This document shows, piece after piece, positions 51,031 to 59,464 of a stretch of 64,000 bases of DNA. The stretch is from a virus (lineage: Duplodnaviria; Caudoviricetes): positions 32,001-96,000 of the IMG/VR virus record IMGVR_UViG_3300010162_000393; one strand, written 5' to 3'. Numbering within the stretch: position 1 is the first letter of the stretch; each line of letters opens with the position of its first letter. The translations under genes and the position numbers were made by a program. A model generated the notes under the pieces. That model ran no database searches, was not told where the DNA came from, and was given only the letters and a program-made list of their open reading frames with translations.

Positions 51031-51312
51031 TTATTTATATTTATATTCTATTTTCAAAATAGATAATTTGTTAAAAATTTCAACTAATTCAGATAATGAT
51101 TTTTCGTTTTCAATTCTTAACCAATTCCAAGAAGTAGTGTCAGCAAGTCCACCAAAAGTGTATAACCTATTACTTCCTTCACCATAATCAAATTCTTTCA
51201 CAAAAAAATTAGCATCTGGGTATTTTTCTTCCAAAAACGGATCACAATACTTTTTCACCAATGGTTTCAGAAGACACATTACTTCTTCTTTTGTTTTAAC
51301 CTCAATTTTCAT
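51031..51312 (-). CDS. Hypothetical protein
   Basis: 93-aa ORF in a tightly packed operon. Confidence 0.55.
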   Translation of the reverse strand: MKIEVKTKEEVMCLLKPLVKKYCDPFLEEKYPDANFFVKEFDYGEGSNRLYTFGGLADTTSWNWLRIENEKSLSELVEIFNKLSILKIEYKYK

Positions 51313-51318
51313 TTCCTT

Positions 51319-51645
51319 TTAATTTGTTTGTAAATACCTATTTACTATATCATTTATTTCAAATAAAAACTTTTCACCCCATATTGCTCTGCGCTTCTTG
51401 CGTAATAAGAAATCAAAACGACCATTTTCACAAAATCTACTATTATCACTCATTTGTTCTAACGGAACGTTTTCAAATAAATCTTTTAATGCGGCAAAAA
51501 GTTTCTTTTCTTCCTTATCAAGTTCTGATTTAGAAACATAATATTTTAAATTAGTTCTTATATAATTCAAAATATTAGCCTTAATTATCCTTCTTTTGCT
51601 ATCTTCTGCTGTCATAATATCCTCGTTTATATTGTTGCTACACAT
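51319..51645 (-). CDS. Hypothetical protein
   Basis: 108-aa ORF in a tightly packed operon. Confidence 0.55.
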   Translation of the reverse strand: MCSNNINEDIMTAEDSKRRIIKANILNYIRTNLKYYVSKSELDKEEKKLFAALKDLFENVPLEQMSDNSRFCENGRFDFLLRKKRRAIWGEKFLFEINDIVNRYLQTN

Positions 51646-51656
51646 AAAAATACATT

Positions 51657-52460
51657 TTATTTTTCTTTCTCAGAAATTGCCCCAATTTCTAACAAAATTG
51701 TTTTAACCTGAACAATCAAATAATTAATGGTTCCGTTGTTATCAATAACAAAATCATATTCTTTATATTCGTTTTGTTCTGTTTCTGAAGAATGTGTGTG
51801 GGCAACACCCTTATCCCTTTCTACTTTGATAACATAACCACCCCTTTCTTTAATTGCTTCAATTTCGTTTAAAAATCTACAGTCGGCAATAATCCAATTT
51901 GGATGAACTATTTTTGACCAACATTCTCTACAAATTCTACAATACTTATCGGTATTTAATTCTTGTTTTCCACAAATAGTACAAAGATTCGTATAATTTC
52001 CTGTTGGGTATTCTCCGGTGTTTTCTACACCTTTATAACCACTTAGTGTGGCGTTTACCCATGTATTTTTGTTCCACATATCCCTAAACATTTCTGTTCC
52101 TATACGTTGATGCGCATAACGATATGTTAAGGTTGTGTCTGGTATTATTTGCCATATGTCAGGCAACGCAGAATTTTTGAAATCAATATCATGTAATTGT
52201 TCGATTGTGCAATCAAATAATATTGACAAAACCTCTTTAAGTTTATCGGCATACGCTCTCTTTTCCCATGAAGTGTAAAAATTTACAACATTAAATAAAT
52301 CACTATCATTCAACACTAATTTTACAAACTCTATATCTGTATAATCACTGTAATCGTTTGTTCGATTAAATTTCTCATTATACCAACAATCAAGTGATTG
52401 TATAATTTTTGCAACGGTATCCTTACCAGATTGCATTTGTCCTGCTATTCCTATTAACAT
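51657..52460 (-). CDS. Deoxynucleoside monophosphate kinase (T4 gp1-like) with Zn-finger insertion
   Basis: GIAGQMQSGKDT, ADKLKE, QRIGTE, DCRFLNE, HSSE; CTIC...CRICREC insert. Confidence 0.88.
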   Translation of the reverse strand: MLIGIAGQMQSGKDTVAKIIQSLDCWYNEKFNRTNDYSDYTDIEFVKLVLNDSDLFNVVNFYTSWEKRAYADKLKEVLSILFDCTIEQLHDIDFKNSALPDIWQIIPDTTLTYRYAHQRIGTEMFRDMWNKNTWVNATLSGYKGVENTGEYPTGNYTNLCTICGKQELNTDKYCRICRECWSKIVHPNWIIADCRFLNEIEAIKERGGYVIKVERDKGVAHTHSSETEQNEYKEYDFVIDNNGTINYLIVQVKTILLEIGAISEKEK

Positions 52461-53284
52461 TTTTTTAAGGTATTAATTAATTTTTTGGTATGATCATCCA
52501 TTTTATATTTTCCGTAACTCTCTTTACTTTCATTCAAATATATTAATATTCTATCTAAAACTTTACATCCAATACTTTCTAGCGGAACTTGGTAAAGGGA
52601 AATTTGTAACTGGTAGTGTCCTTCCGCAGGTGAATCTCGCATATCTTCAAATGGTGGTAACATTCTTTGATCGTTGAAATTCTTGAATAAATCCTTATTC
52701 GTTTTAAAATCTAATAAAATAAGCGACTCTTTCAGTGGTATATTCGGTCTATCCCAAGCACATAATAAATCAAATGTTCCAGAATATTTTAAATTTTCAT
52801 TATATACTCTACACTCACTTAATATTGGAATATAAGAAACCGGTAAATCTTCCCAAAATCTTATACTATTCCAACCCATATAATCATCTTCTTTTGGTAA
52901 TTCTATTTCATCAATTTTTCCTGTGTAGAAATCAAATAGAACTTCATTATATGAGTGTTGCTCATGACCGATATCACACGACTTTTTATTATTAACTTTC
53001 CATTCTTTCAATATTTGGTTTGGGGTTTTACCATAATATTTTGAATTAACATCGTTATAATATCTCTGATAACATCTTTCTGCTTGTGATTTAGCATCAA
53101 ATTTAGGGGCAAAACTTTCAACAACTTTTGATACCGATTTCAATTCTTTACCATTCAAAAAATATTGGTGGGTCTTTTCTTTAAACACCAAATCCTTGAA
53201 AGAACTTGTTATATATTCTCTCAATTCCTGAACGTCTTCCCTATTGATAACGTTAGACCATTTATTTTTGTTAAGTTCTACCAT
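52454..53284 (-). CDS. PD-(D/E)xK exonuclease (Cas4-like)
   Basis: SVSKV, GTFDLL, LLDFKTNK and YQLQISLY motifs. Confidence 0.8.
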   Translation of the reverse strand: MVELNKNKWSNVINREDVQELREYITSSFKDLVFKEKTHQYFLNGKELKSVSKVVESFAPKFDAKSQAERCYQRYYNDVNSKYYGKTPNQILKEWKVNNKKSCDIGHEQHSYNEVLFDFYTGKIDEIELPKEDDYMGWNSIRFWEDLPVSYIPILSECRVYNENLKYSGTFDLLCAWDRPNIPLKESLILLDFKTNKDLFKNFNDQRMLPPFEDMRDSPAEGHYQLQISLYQVPLESIGCKVLDRILIYLNESKESYGKYKMDDHTKKLINTLKKC

Positions 53285-53287
53285 CTT

Positions 53288-53560
53288 CTATGAATCAGAA
53301 TTTAAAGTTGTTCTTAAATCTCTAACTTCGTTTATCAGAGAATTGTTTTTTTGTTTAGTTCTGTAAACTTCCATTAAATCTTGTAAATTAGAGTCTGGAT
53401 GACAAAAAACATTAATCCACTCCTCTTCTAATGGCGTTTCCTTTATACTTACACTTATACCAGAGTTTAACGCCTTTGCAATATTTATACCACGAATAAG
53501 TGCTGCTGTGGAATCTAAACTACCTTTTATTAAAATTTGAAATTCTCCTGTTACTGCCAT
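53288..53560 (-). CDS. Hypothetical protein
   Basis: 90-aa ORF with GTAAATTTA motif at 53580-53588. Confidence 0.55.
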   Translation of the reverse strand: MAVTGEFQILIKGSLDSTAALIRGINIAKALNSGISVSIKETPLEEEWINVFCHPDSNLQDLMEVYRTKQKNNSLINEVRDLRTTLNSDS

Positions 53561-53603
53561 AGTTTTTAGAATTTTTAACTAAATTTACATAACTTTTTTG
53601 TAA

Positions 53604-53638
53604 AAACAAAAAACACATAAGTCTTTGCCTATGCGTTT
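53604..53638 (-). terminator. Intrinsic terminator
   Basis: Minus strand aaacgcatagg-caaaga-cttatgtgttt followed by a T-rich tail. Confidence 0.7.
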
Positions 53639-53676
53639 CTCGATTGGGTTCTTTCAAATGATAGATCCACTCAACC
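53604..53676 (-). ncRNA. Candidate small RNA (about 70 nt)
   Basis: Bounded by CTATTTAT (53677-53684, minus) and a terminator; internal imperfect hairpin. Confidence 0.35.
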
Positions 53677-53740
53677 ATAAATAGACACAAATGTATTATT
53701 TAAAACAAATAAATCTATTTATATAAAAATATTTAATAAT

Positions 53741-54877
53741 ATGAGAACATGCGGTCGTAACGTCAGTATCCAGATTCCACATCTCGGTCAAGATATTGAT
53801 TATGGGTATCTTATCGCTTCCGAATATTTCAAAACCGGAATGCTTGTTGATAACTGTGGAAATCCGAGAATAGTGTTTCTTCCTGATCCGTGCGTACCTC
53901 TGACCGGTGAAGAAGATTGTGAGGATACACCATTAGAAACTATTGTAAAAGGAAATATGCACGTTGAGTGCAGATTATCTGCTGGTTCGTTGAAGGTTGA
54001 TGATATTTCCGGTAACGGTTGTAATCTAACCAATACTGATGATACTAAAATAATAGAATTTGAATATGATGAAGAAGCAGAGGAAATCGTAATAAGACAA
54101 CAAAATTCAAAAGAATGTGAAATTGAAGAAGAGGGTGAAATAATTGAAGAATTTAGATTATCTGCTGAACCATTTGTTAAAAACACAATAATTGAAGATT
54201 TCAGTTTTGGTGAAGAAAGTGAAATTGAAGAAGAAGATGAATCTGATTTACTAACGATATACGATAGTGACGAAAGAACATTTACTGTGGATCTTAGTAA
54301 ATATAGTAATAGAGATGAGCGATATGTTGCACCCGGAAATTATACCGCCACACGCGAAGGTCTCATAAGTTTACCTTATAATATTGAAACAGACGAAACG
54401 GTTGAAATTGATATATCAGAAGCAGTTCATGGTTTCAGAGATATGGAGTTTGATAGGTGTAAAGGTATTTTGACGATTAGAACAAGTTTGGGAGATGTTG
54501 TGAATGTAACTGGTTTTCCAACTAATATTTCAATAGATGGTCAGGTTACACCTGTAAATTTTAATGGGGCAATTCATTATACAATCGAAAATAAGGTGAT
54601 ACATGTTAATTGTAATTTTTATGTGAGATCAACTGTTGGTGGTTTTGGTTCTCTTGGATATCTCCCAATTAGATTAAAAAGACCATCATATGTTTGGTTG
54701 TCTTCTATGCACGGAACATCATATAGTAGAGTAAATCGTGTTCAATTAACTATAAATGTAGATGGTGAAATTCAATTACGACAATGGCAACGTCCAGAAC
54801 ATGTTCAAGATTCTTTCTGTTTAGTATTTGATAGTCTTGATCCAAATCTTCTTGACGACTATTGTAATAATCTATAA
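53741..54877 (+). CDS. Putative virion structural protein
   Basis: CTATTTAT at 53715-53722; acidic, beta-rich; co-oriented with the neck gene. Confidence 0.5.
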   Translation: MRTCGRNVSIQIPHLGQDIDYGYLIASEYFKTGMLVDNCGNPRIVFLPDPCVPLTGEEDCEDTPLETIVKGNMHVECRLSAGSLKVDDISGNGCNLTNTDDTKIIEFEYDEEAEEIVIRQQNSKECEIEEEGEIIEEFRLSAEPFVKNTIIEDFSFGEESEIEEEDESDLLTIYDSDERTFTVDLSKYSNRDERYVAPGNYTATREGLISLPYNIETDETVEIDISEAVHGFRDMEFDRCKGILTIRTSLGDVVNVTGFPTNISIDGQVTPVNFNGAIHYTIENKVIHVNCNFYVRSTVGGFGSLGYLPIRLKRPSYVWLSSMHGTSYSRVNRVQLTINVDGEIQLRQWQRPEHVQDSFCLVFDSLDPNLLDDYCNNL

Positions 54878-54888
54878 ATCATATTATA

Positions 54889-55407
54889 ATGCAAGTTGGA
54901 GGTAAATATCCTATAACAAGAAATTCATTGCATTTTGATGAAAGTATGTTCAATATGTTCTCTGAATGGGCGCAAGATTATACTGAAACTTGGATTAATC
55001 AAAAGGTTGTTTTATATCAGGTAGATTATATAAGAACCAATGCCGATGATTTGTATGGAGAAACACATACTGACGAAGTTAGATATAAAACTCCTATTGA
55101 ACTACCATGTAGATATAAGATAGATAAAAGTACGAATGAAGCGTACACAGCAACTAAAAAAGCACGTTACAAAAAGATAGGAAATATAAGTCTTTCAGTA
55201 TTTGAAAAAACATTTAAAGAATATAATTGTGATATTAAATACGGAGATTTAATAGGTGTTGCCGCCGATGAAAAAACACTGATATTCTTCGAGATAGTGG
55301 ATGACGGAAAATCAAATTTCAGTAATATGGAAACAATGTTTGGTTATAAGAGATTATATCGAAACATTAAGGGGTGTACTATTGATGAATCTGTCTTCAA
55401 CGGTTGA
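54889..55407 (+). CDS. Putative neck/head-closure protein (gp14-like)
   Basis: VVLYQVD...DDLYGE...PIEL pattern. Confidence 0.6.
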   Translation: MQVGGKYPITRNSLHFDESMFNMFSEWAQDYTETWINQKVVLYQVDYIRTNADDLYGETHTDEVRYKTPIELPCRYKIDKSTNEAYTATKKARYKKIGNISLSVFEKTFKEYNCDIKYGDLIGVAADEKTLIFFEIVDDGKSNFSNMETMFGYKRLYRNIKGCTIDESVFNG

Positions 55408-56737
55408 ATTCCAGAGGCATAGTTATAGGTTTTTGCATAAGTGTTCCACTGAGATACACTAATGTTCCGTTTACAAATGTGTGTGTAACCGTAGATCTAA
55501 ATCTATAATTTACAAATGACGACCATTTACATTTATGAATAATTGTATTAGGTAATACATACCATCCATACTCCAAGTCTACTAATATTAAATCTGCCCA
55601 ATAACCTGGTCGAATAAAACCTCTGTCCTTAATACTAAATAATCTTGCTGGACCGTGACACATTTTTTCAACTATTTGTTCAATTGTTATTTTATCGTCA
55701 TGATAAAATTCTAACATTGCTTGTAATGAGTGTTGAATTGAAGGAATTCCTGACGGTGCTTTGAAGTATGTGTTACTTTTTTCCTCCAAAGTATGTGGTG
55801 CATGATCTGTTGATATTGTGCTAATAGTATTATCTAATAACCCCTCAAATAGTGATAACCTATCCTCTTTTGTTTTAAAAGATGGGTTGCATTTGATCCA
55901 TGTTCCAAAATTATCATAATTTGAATTATCAAATATTAAATAGTTTACACACACTTCACCTGTAACAAAATCTTTATTAGCACGTATTAAATCCAATTCT
56001 TTTTTTGTGGACACATGTAATATATGTAATTTCGTGTTATATTTTTTCGCTAATTCAACTGCTAATGAACTTGATTTATAACACGCTTCTTCACTACGAA
56101 TATCCGAATGGTATTTAATTGGCATGTTTTCACCATATTTTTCACGAAACAATTCTGTGTTTTTAACAATAATATCCTCATCTTCACAATGTACTGCTAT
56201 AATAGATGGTACTTGTGAAAATATCTTCTCAATGGTAGAAATATCTTCTACCAACATATTTCCTGTTGAAGACCCCATGAATAATTTAACACCACATACT
56301 TTTGAAAAATCTGTTTTTAAAAGTTCATCAATATTATCATTTGTTGCTCCGATATAGAACGAATAATTAGCAAATGAATTTTCTGCTGCTAACGCAAATT
56401 TTTCTGAAAGTGCTTCTTGTGTAACAGTTTGTGGTATTGTGTTCGGCATTTCCATATATGATGTTACGCCACCAGCAACTGCTGCATGTGTTTCACTAGC
56501 AATGTCCCCCTTTCTGGTTAGACCTGGTTCACGAAAATGAACATGTGTATCAATAACACCTGGAAGTAAATATTTTCCTTCGGCATTAATTATTTGACAC
56601 TCTTGAAGTATGTGATAACCACTTTCACAAACCCCTACAATTTTTCCATCTTCTATAAGGACATCGCCTTCTTGTATTGTTCCTTCGTTGACAACCTTTG
56701 CATTTCGTATCAACGTCTGTTTTTTTGTATTTGACAT
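55397..56737 (-). CDS. pyrC: Dihydroorotase
   Basis: PGVIDTHVHFREPG, EMPNT, KLFMGSSTGNM, KCNP and TDHAPH motifs. Confidence 0.93.
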   Translation of the reverse strand: MSNTKKQTLIRNAKVVNEGTIQEGDVLIEDGKIVGVCESGYHILQECQIINAEGKYLLPGVIDTHVHFREPGLTRKGDIASETHAAVAGGVTSYMEMPNTIPQTVTQEALSEKFALAAENSFANYSFYIGATNDNIDELLKTDFSKVCGVKLFMGSSTGNMLVEDISTIEKIFSQVPSIIAVHCEDEDIIVKNTELFREKYGENMPIKYHSDIRSEEACYKSSSLAVELAKKYNTKLHILHVSTKKELDLIRANKDFVTGEVCVNYLIFDNSNYDNFGTWIKCNPSFKTKEDRLSLFEGLLDNTISTISTDHAPHTLEEKSNTYFKAPSGIPSIQHSLQAMLEFYHDDKITIEQIVEKMCHGPARLFSIKDRGFIRPGYWADLILVDLEYGWYVLPNTIIHKCKWSSFVNYRFRSTVTHTFVNGTLVYLSGTLMQKPITMPLEFNR

Positions 56738-56739
56738 AT

Positions 56740-57792
56740 TTAATTATATAATTGATTTCTCATTTCAACTAAAACTCTTTCAATAAATTCAACATCCGGT
56801 GTTTCTTGTAATGTACATTTTTCGTATAGGATATCTATTTCTTCTATCATTGTTTTTGCACGACTTACCAAATCATCATATTCAGCATCACCACGACGTA
56901 TTGATAATAATTCTTCACGATTTGGAACACGAACAATTAGATTTCCATTAGATAATATTTCTTTGGATTGTTGTAACAACCTGATAGTATGACACATATT
57001 CTTAGCATCGTATCGTTTTCCATGTGACATAGTATTATTAAATCTTACTTCACTTCGTTTATCAACCCACTCCCAATATTCTTTATATTCTTTACAATAT
57101 GCTGAATATCCGTCTTTATTAAAATATAATCTATTATCTGGTGTTATCCATTTAGGTATAGAACTAAGAGCAACTTCATTAGCATCTGGACATGACATTA
57201 TTCCTCTGAATTTGTCTTTATAATAATACAAATCGTAAATGTCCTTCATATTATTTATGGAAGATAATCCACAATCTTCTTGTTTGTATCCGTAATTTGA
57301 CAACCATGTGTTAAGTGATACAGATCCGCCATTATCATTAAGAACATAACAAAAATCAAGTATATTTTTTCTTTCCTTATCCATTGGGTTTAGGATTTTT
57401 TTGTTCAACCCTCTCGCCTTTTTAATTTGAGATATGGCGTATCCGGCAAACGTGTTTTTACACAACTTTGATAAAAACATATCAACCGTAAGATTATCCA
57501 TAATATTATTTCGATACAATATACAATCTTCTGGTGTTGCTAACAATTCCAACATATTAGGATTGTTTTTTAATAATAGTTCAACGAATCTCCCAATCTC
57601 ATAATATACTTTGTCGTTTTTTTCGTCTTCTATTTGTTGGGTATAAGTCAAACCATATAACTTATCTTTTGGTAAATAAAAAACACCTCGAATATCTGTA
57701 TCCGATTCAGGGGTATCTATTCCATATGCTTTACTACCGCTGATACATTCAAACAGTAAAAGGTTATTTTTTTTTATGTATTCTATCGACAT
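56740..57792 (-). CDS. Nucleotidyltransferase (YcgL/PF10127-like)
   Basis: GSKAYG...SDTDIRGVF, NPNMLELL, YDAKNMCH.IRLL. Confidence 0.85.
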   Translation of the reverse strand: MSIEYIKKNNLLLFECISGSKAYGIDTPESDTDIRGVFYLPKDKLYGLTYTQQIEDEKNDKVYYEIGRFVELLLKNNPNMLELLATPEDCILYRNNIMDNLTVDMFLSKLCKNTFAGYAISQIKKARGLNKKILNPMDKERKNILDFCYVLNDNGGSVSLNTWLSNYGYKQEDCGLSSINNMKDIYDLYYYKDKFRGIMSCPDANEVALSSIPKWITPDNRLYFNKDGYSAYCKEYKEYWEWVDKRSEVRFNNTMSHGKRYDAKNMCHTIRLLQQSKEILSNGNLIVRVPNREELLSIRRGDAEYDDLVSRAKTMIEEIDILYEKCTLQETPDVEFIERVLVEMRNQLYN

Positions 57793-57839
57793 TTTTTGTT
57801 TAATATTTGAAATATACTATATTCGATTATATTTTTGAT

Positions 57840-58184
57840 ATGAGTGGTTTTGTTTATCTAATACTTGAATGGGATAAAATTGAAGAAAACCTTGTCCCAA
57901 GTAAAATAGGTGTTACCAGAGGGTGTATTGAAAAACGTATCAAAAAACTCCAAACCGGAAATACCTCTAATCTACATCTCTTCACACATTTCAAATCTGA
58001 ACATCCGTTTAGGTTAGAAAAAATGTTACACAACCATTACCAAAAATATAAAACAAATGGTGAATGGTTTAACCTACCAAATGAAACTGTATTAGGATTC
58101 AAAACCATTTGTGAAGAAAAAGAAGAACTTATTAAATTTCTACTAAAAGAAAACCATTTTTTCGGAAAAAAAACAGGTTTCTAA
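57840..58184 (+). CDS. GIY-YIG/T5orf172-domain protein
   Basis: GFVYLI, KIGVT, RIKKLQTGN, LEKMLH, GEWF; ATG 57840 preferred over TTG 57807. Confidence 0.8.
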   Translation: MSGFVYLILEWDKIEENLVPSKIGVTRGCIEKRIKKLQTGNTSNLHLFTHFKSEHPFRLEKMLHNHYQKYKTNGEWFNLPNETVLGFKTICEEKEELIKFLLKENHFFGKKTGF

Positions 58185-58187
58185 TTT
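58178..58187 (+). repeat. Target-site duplication, left copy (tttctaattt)
   Basis: Identical 10-mer at 59455-59464; each copy directly abuts a TIR. Confidence 0.85.
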
Positions 58188-58209
58188 ATGATTTTCCGCA
58201 AACATACCC

Positions 58210-59403
58210 CTAAAAGTTATTTGTTTTTAGAATTGACGCTTCAACGGGTTCGTAACCTCTTCCCTCCACGTCCACTACCCCCCACATCGGGGGTGATATA
58301 CCTATATTCCTTATGTTTATGGAAGCGTTAAAATCCCTGTCATGTAAAATGCTACACGAAGGACATATCCACTCCCTTACACGTAAATCCTTTACCTCAA
58401 CATTCTTATAACCACACCTGTTACACAACTGCGAGGAAGCAACAAACCTACCAATCTTGATAAGATTCTTACCTTGCCACTCACTTTTGTATCCCAACTG
58501 CCGTACAAACTCACTCCAACTTACCGACTGAATACTTCGCGCAAGTTTGTGGTTTTTGACCATTCCGCTTACGTTCAAATCCTCAATACAAATGGTGTCG
58601 TAATTATCCAACAAATACGTGGACAAATTATGCAACCAATGGTTTCGTTGAAATGTGATTTTTTGGTGAATTTTTGCAACCTTCAACCTTTGCTTTTCTC
58701 TACGATGACTTCCTTTTTGTCTTCGACACAACACCTTTTGGGCGTGTGCTAAACGTAAATGAGTCTTTTCAAGAAATTTTGGGTTTCCAAAACATTCACC
58801 ATTTGAGGTAACAGCAAATTCCTTAATTCCCAAGTCAATACCTATGGTTTTATTAGAATCTTCCACTTTGGTTTTCGGTGGAATTGGTTCTAGCGTATCG
58901 CATAGGATACTTACGAAATAATAACCTGCCTGTGTTTTTGATACTGTCATAGACTTGATTTTTCCTTTTGGGAGTCTTGACAATATCACTACTATATTTC
59001 CACATTTTCCTAATCTTACGGTGGATTTCTCCACGTTCAGGTTGAAACAATCTGGAAATGTACAAGTTTGTTTGTTACATTTTTTCTTATAATTTGGGTA
59101 TCCTGCTGGTTTCCCTTGTTTTACATTTCTGAAAAAATTGTTGTATGCTGAATCGACGTTGTTCAGAGTAACGTTCAGGGTATGTGCGGTGGTGTCTTTC
59201 AACCATTCATGTTCTAACGTTAATTCGTTTCGCAACATTTTTCCCAAATCGAAAGAAGATAATGACTTCTTTTCAGTTTCCCACAACGTTTTCTTTTTGT
59301 TCACTGCCCAATTATAGATAAACCGAGAACAACCAAAATGTTGTGCAAGGGCAACTTTTTGGTTATCGGTTGGGTATATTCTATATTTGAACGCCTTTAA
59401 CAT
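58210..59403 (-). CDS. tnpB: TnpB RNA-guided endonuclease (IS200/IS605 OrfB family)
   Basis: HTH KAFKYRIYPT, RuvC GIDLG / IEDL / DRDFNA, Zn finger CNRC...CPSC; catalytic D-E-D intact. Confidence 0.95.
   Translation of the reverse strand: MLKAFKYRIYPTDNQKVALAQHFGCSRFIYNWAVNKKKTLWETEKKSLSSFDLGKMLRNELTLEHEWLKDTTAHTLNVTLNNVDSAYNNFFRNVKQGKPAGYPNYKKKCNKQTCTFPDCFNLNVEKSTVRLGKCGNIVVILSRLPKGKIKSMTVSKTQAGYYFVSILCDTLEPIPPKTKVEDSNKTIGIDLGIKEFAVTSNGECFGNPKFLEKTHLRLAHAQKVLCRRQKGSHRREKQRLKVAKIHQKITFQRNHWLHNLSTYLLDNYDTICIEDLNVSGMVKNHKLARSIQSVSWSEFVRQLGYKSEWQGKNLIKIGRFVASSQLCNRCGYKNVEVKDLRVREWICPSCSILHDRDFNASINIRNIGISPPMWGVVDVEGRGYEPVEASILKTNNF
58213..58330 (-). ncRNA. Predicted omega/reRNA scaffold overlapping the tnpB 3' end plus 20-nt guide (5' boundary approximate)
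   Basis: GC-rich hairpins (ccccc-gatgt-ggggg) and GAAGCGTCAA ending at 58233, like IS200/IS605 right ends. Confidence 0.6.
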
Positions 59404-59454
59404 ATTTCAAATTTACACTTTTTATACGATAGGGGTATTATTGCGGAAAATCAT

Positions 59455-59464
59455 TTTCTAATTT
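59455..59464 (+). repeat. Target-site duplication, right copy (tttctaattt)
   Basis: Identical to 58178-58187. Confidence 0.85.

Larger units (their letters stand above)
58188..59454 (-). mobile_element. Non-autonomous TIR-bounded element carrying tnpB
   Basis: 25-bp TIRs 58188-58212 and 59430-59454 (23/25 identical), 10-bp TSD, single ORF, no transposase. Confidence 0.85.

Noticed and set aside
52454-53284. Cas4 as part of a CRISPR-Cas locus
   Set aside because: No array or other cas genes; solo Cas4-like nucleases are common in phages
53562-53571. Target for the TnpB guide in this window
   Set aside because: The best match noticed is only about 10 nt (TTCTAAAAAC), not meaningful in AT-rich DNA; the search was by eye and not exhaustive
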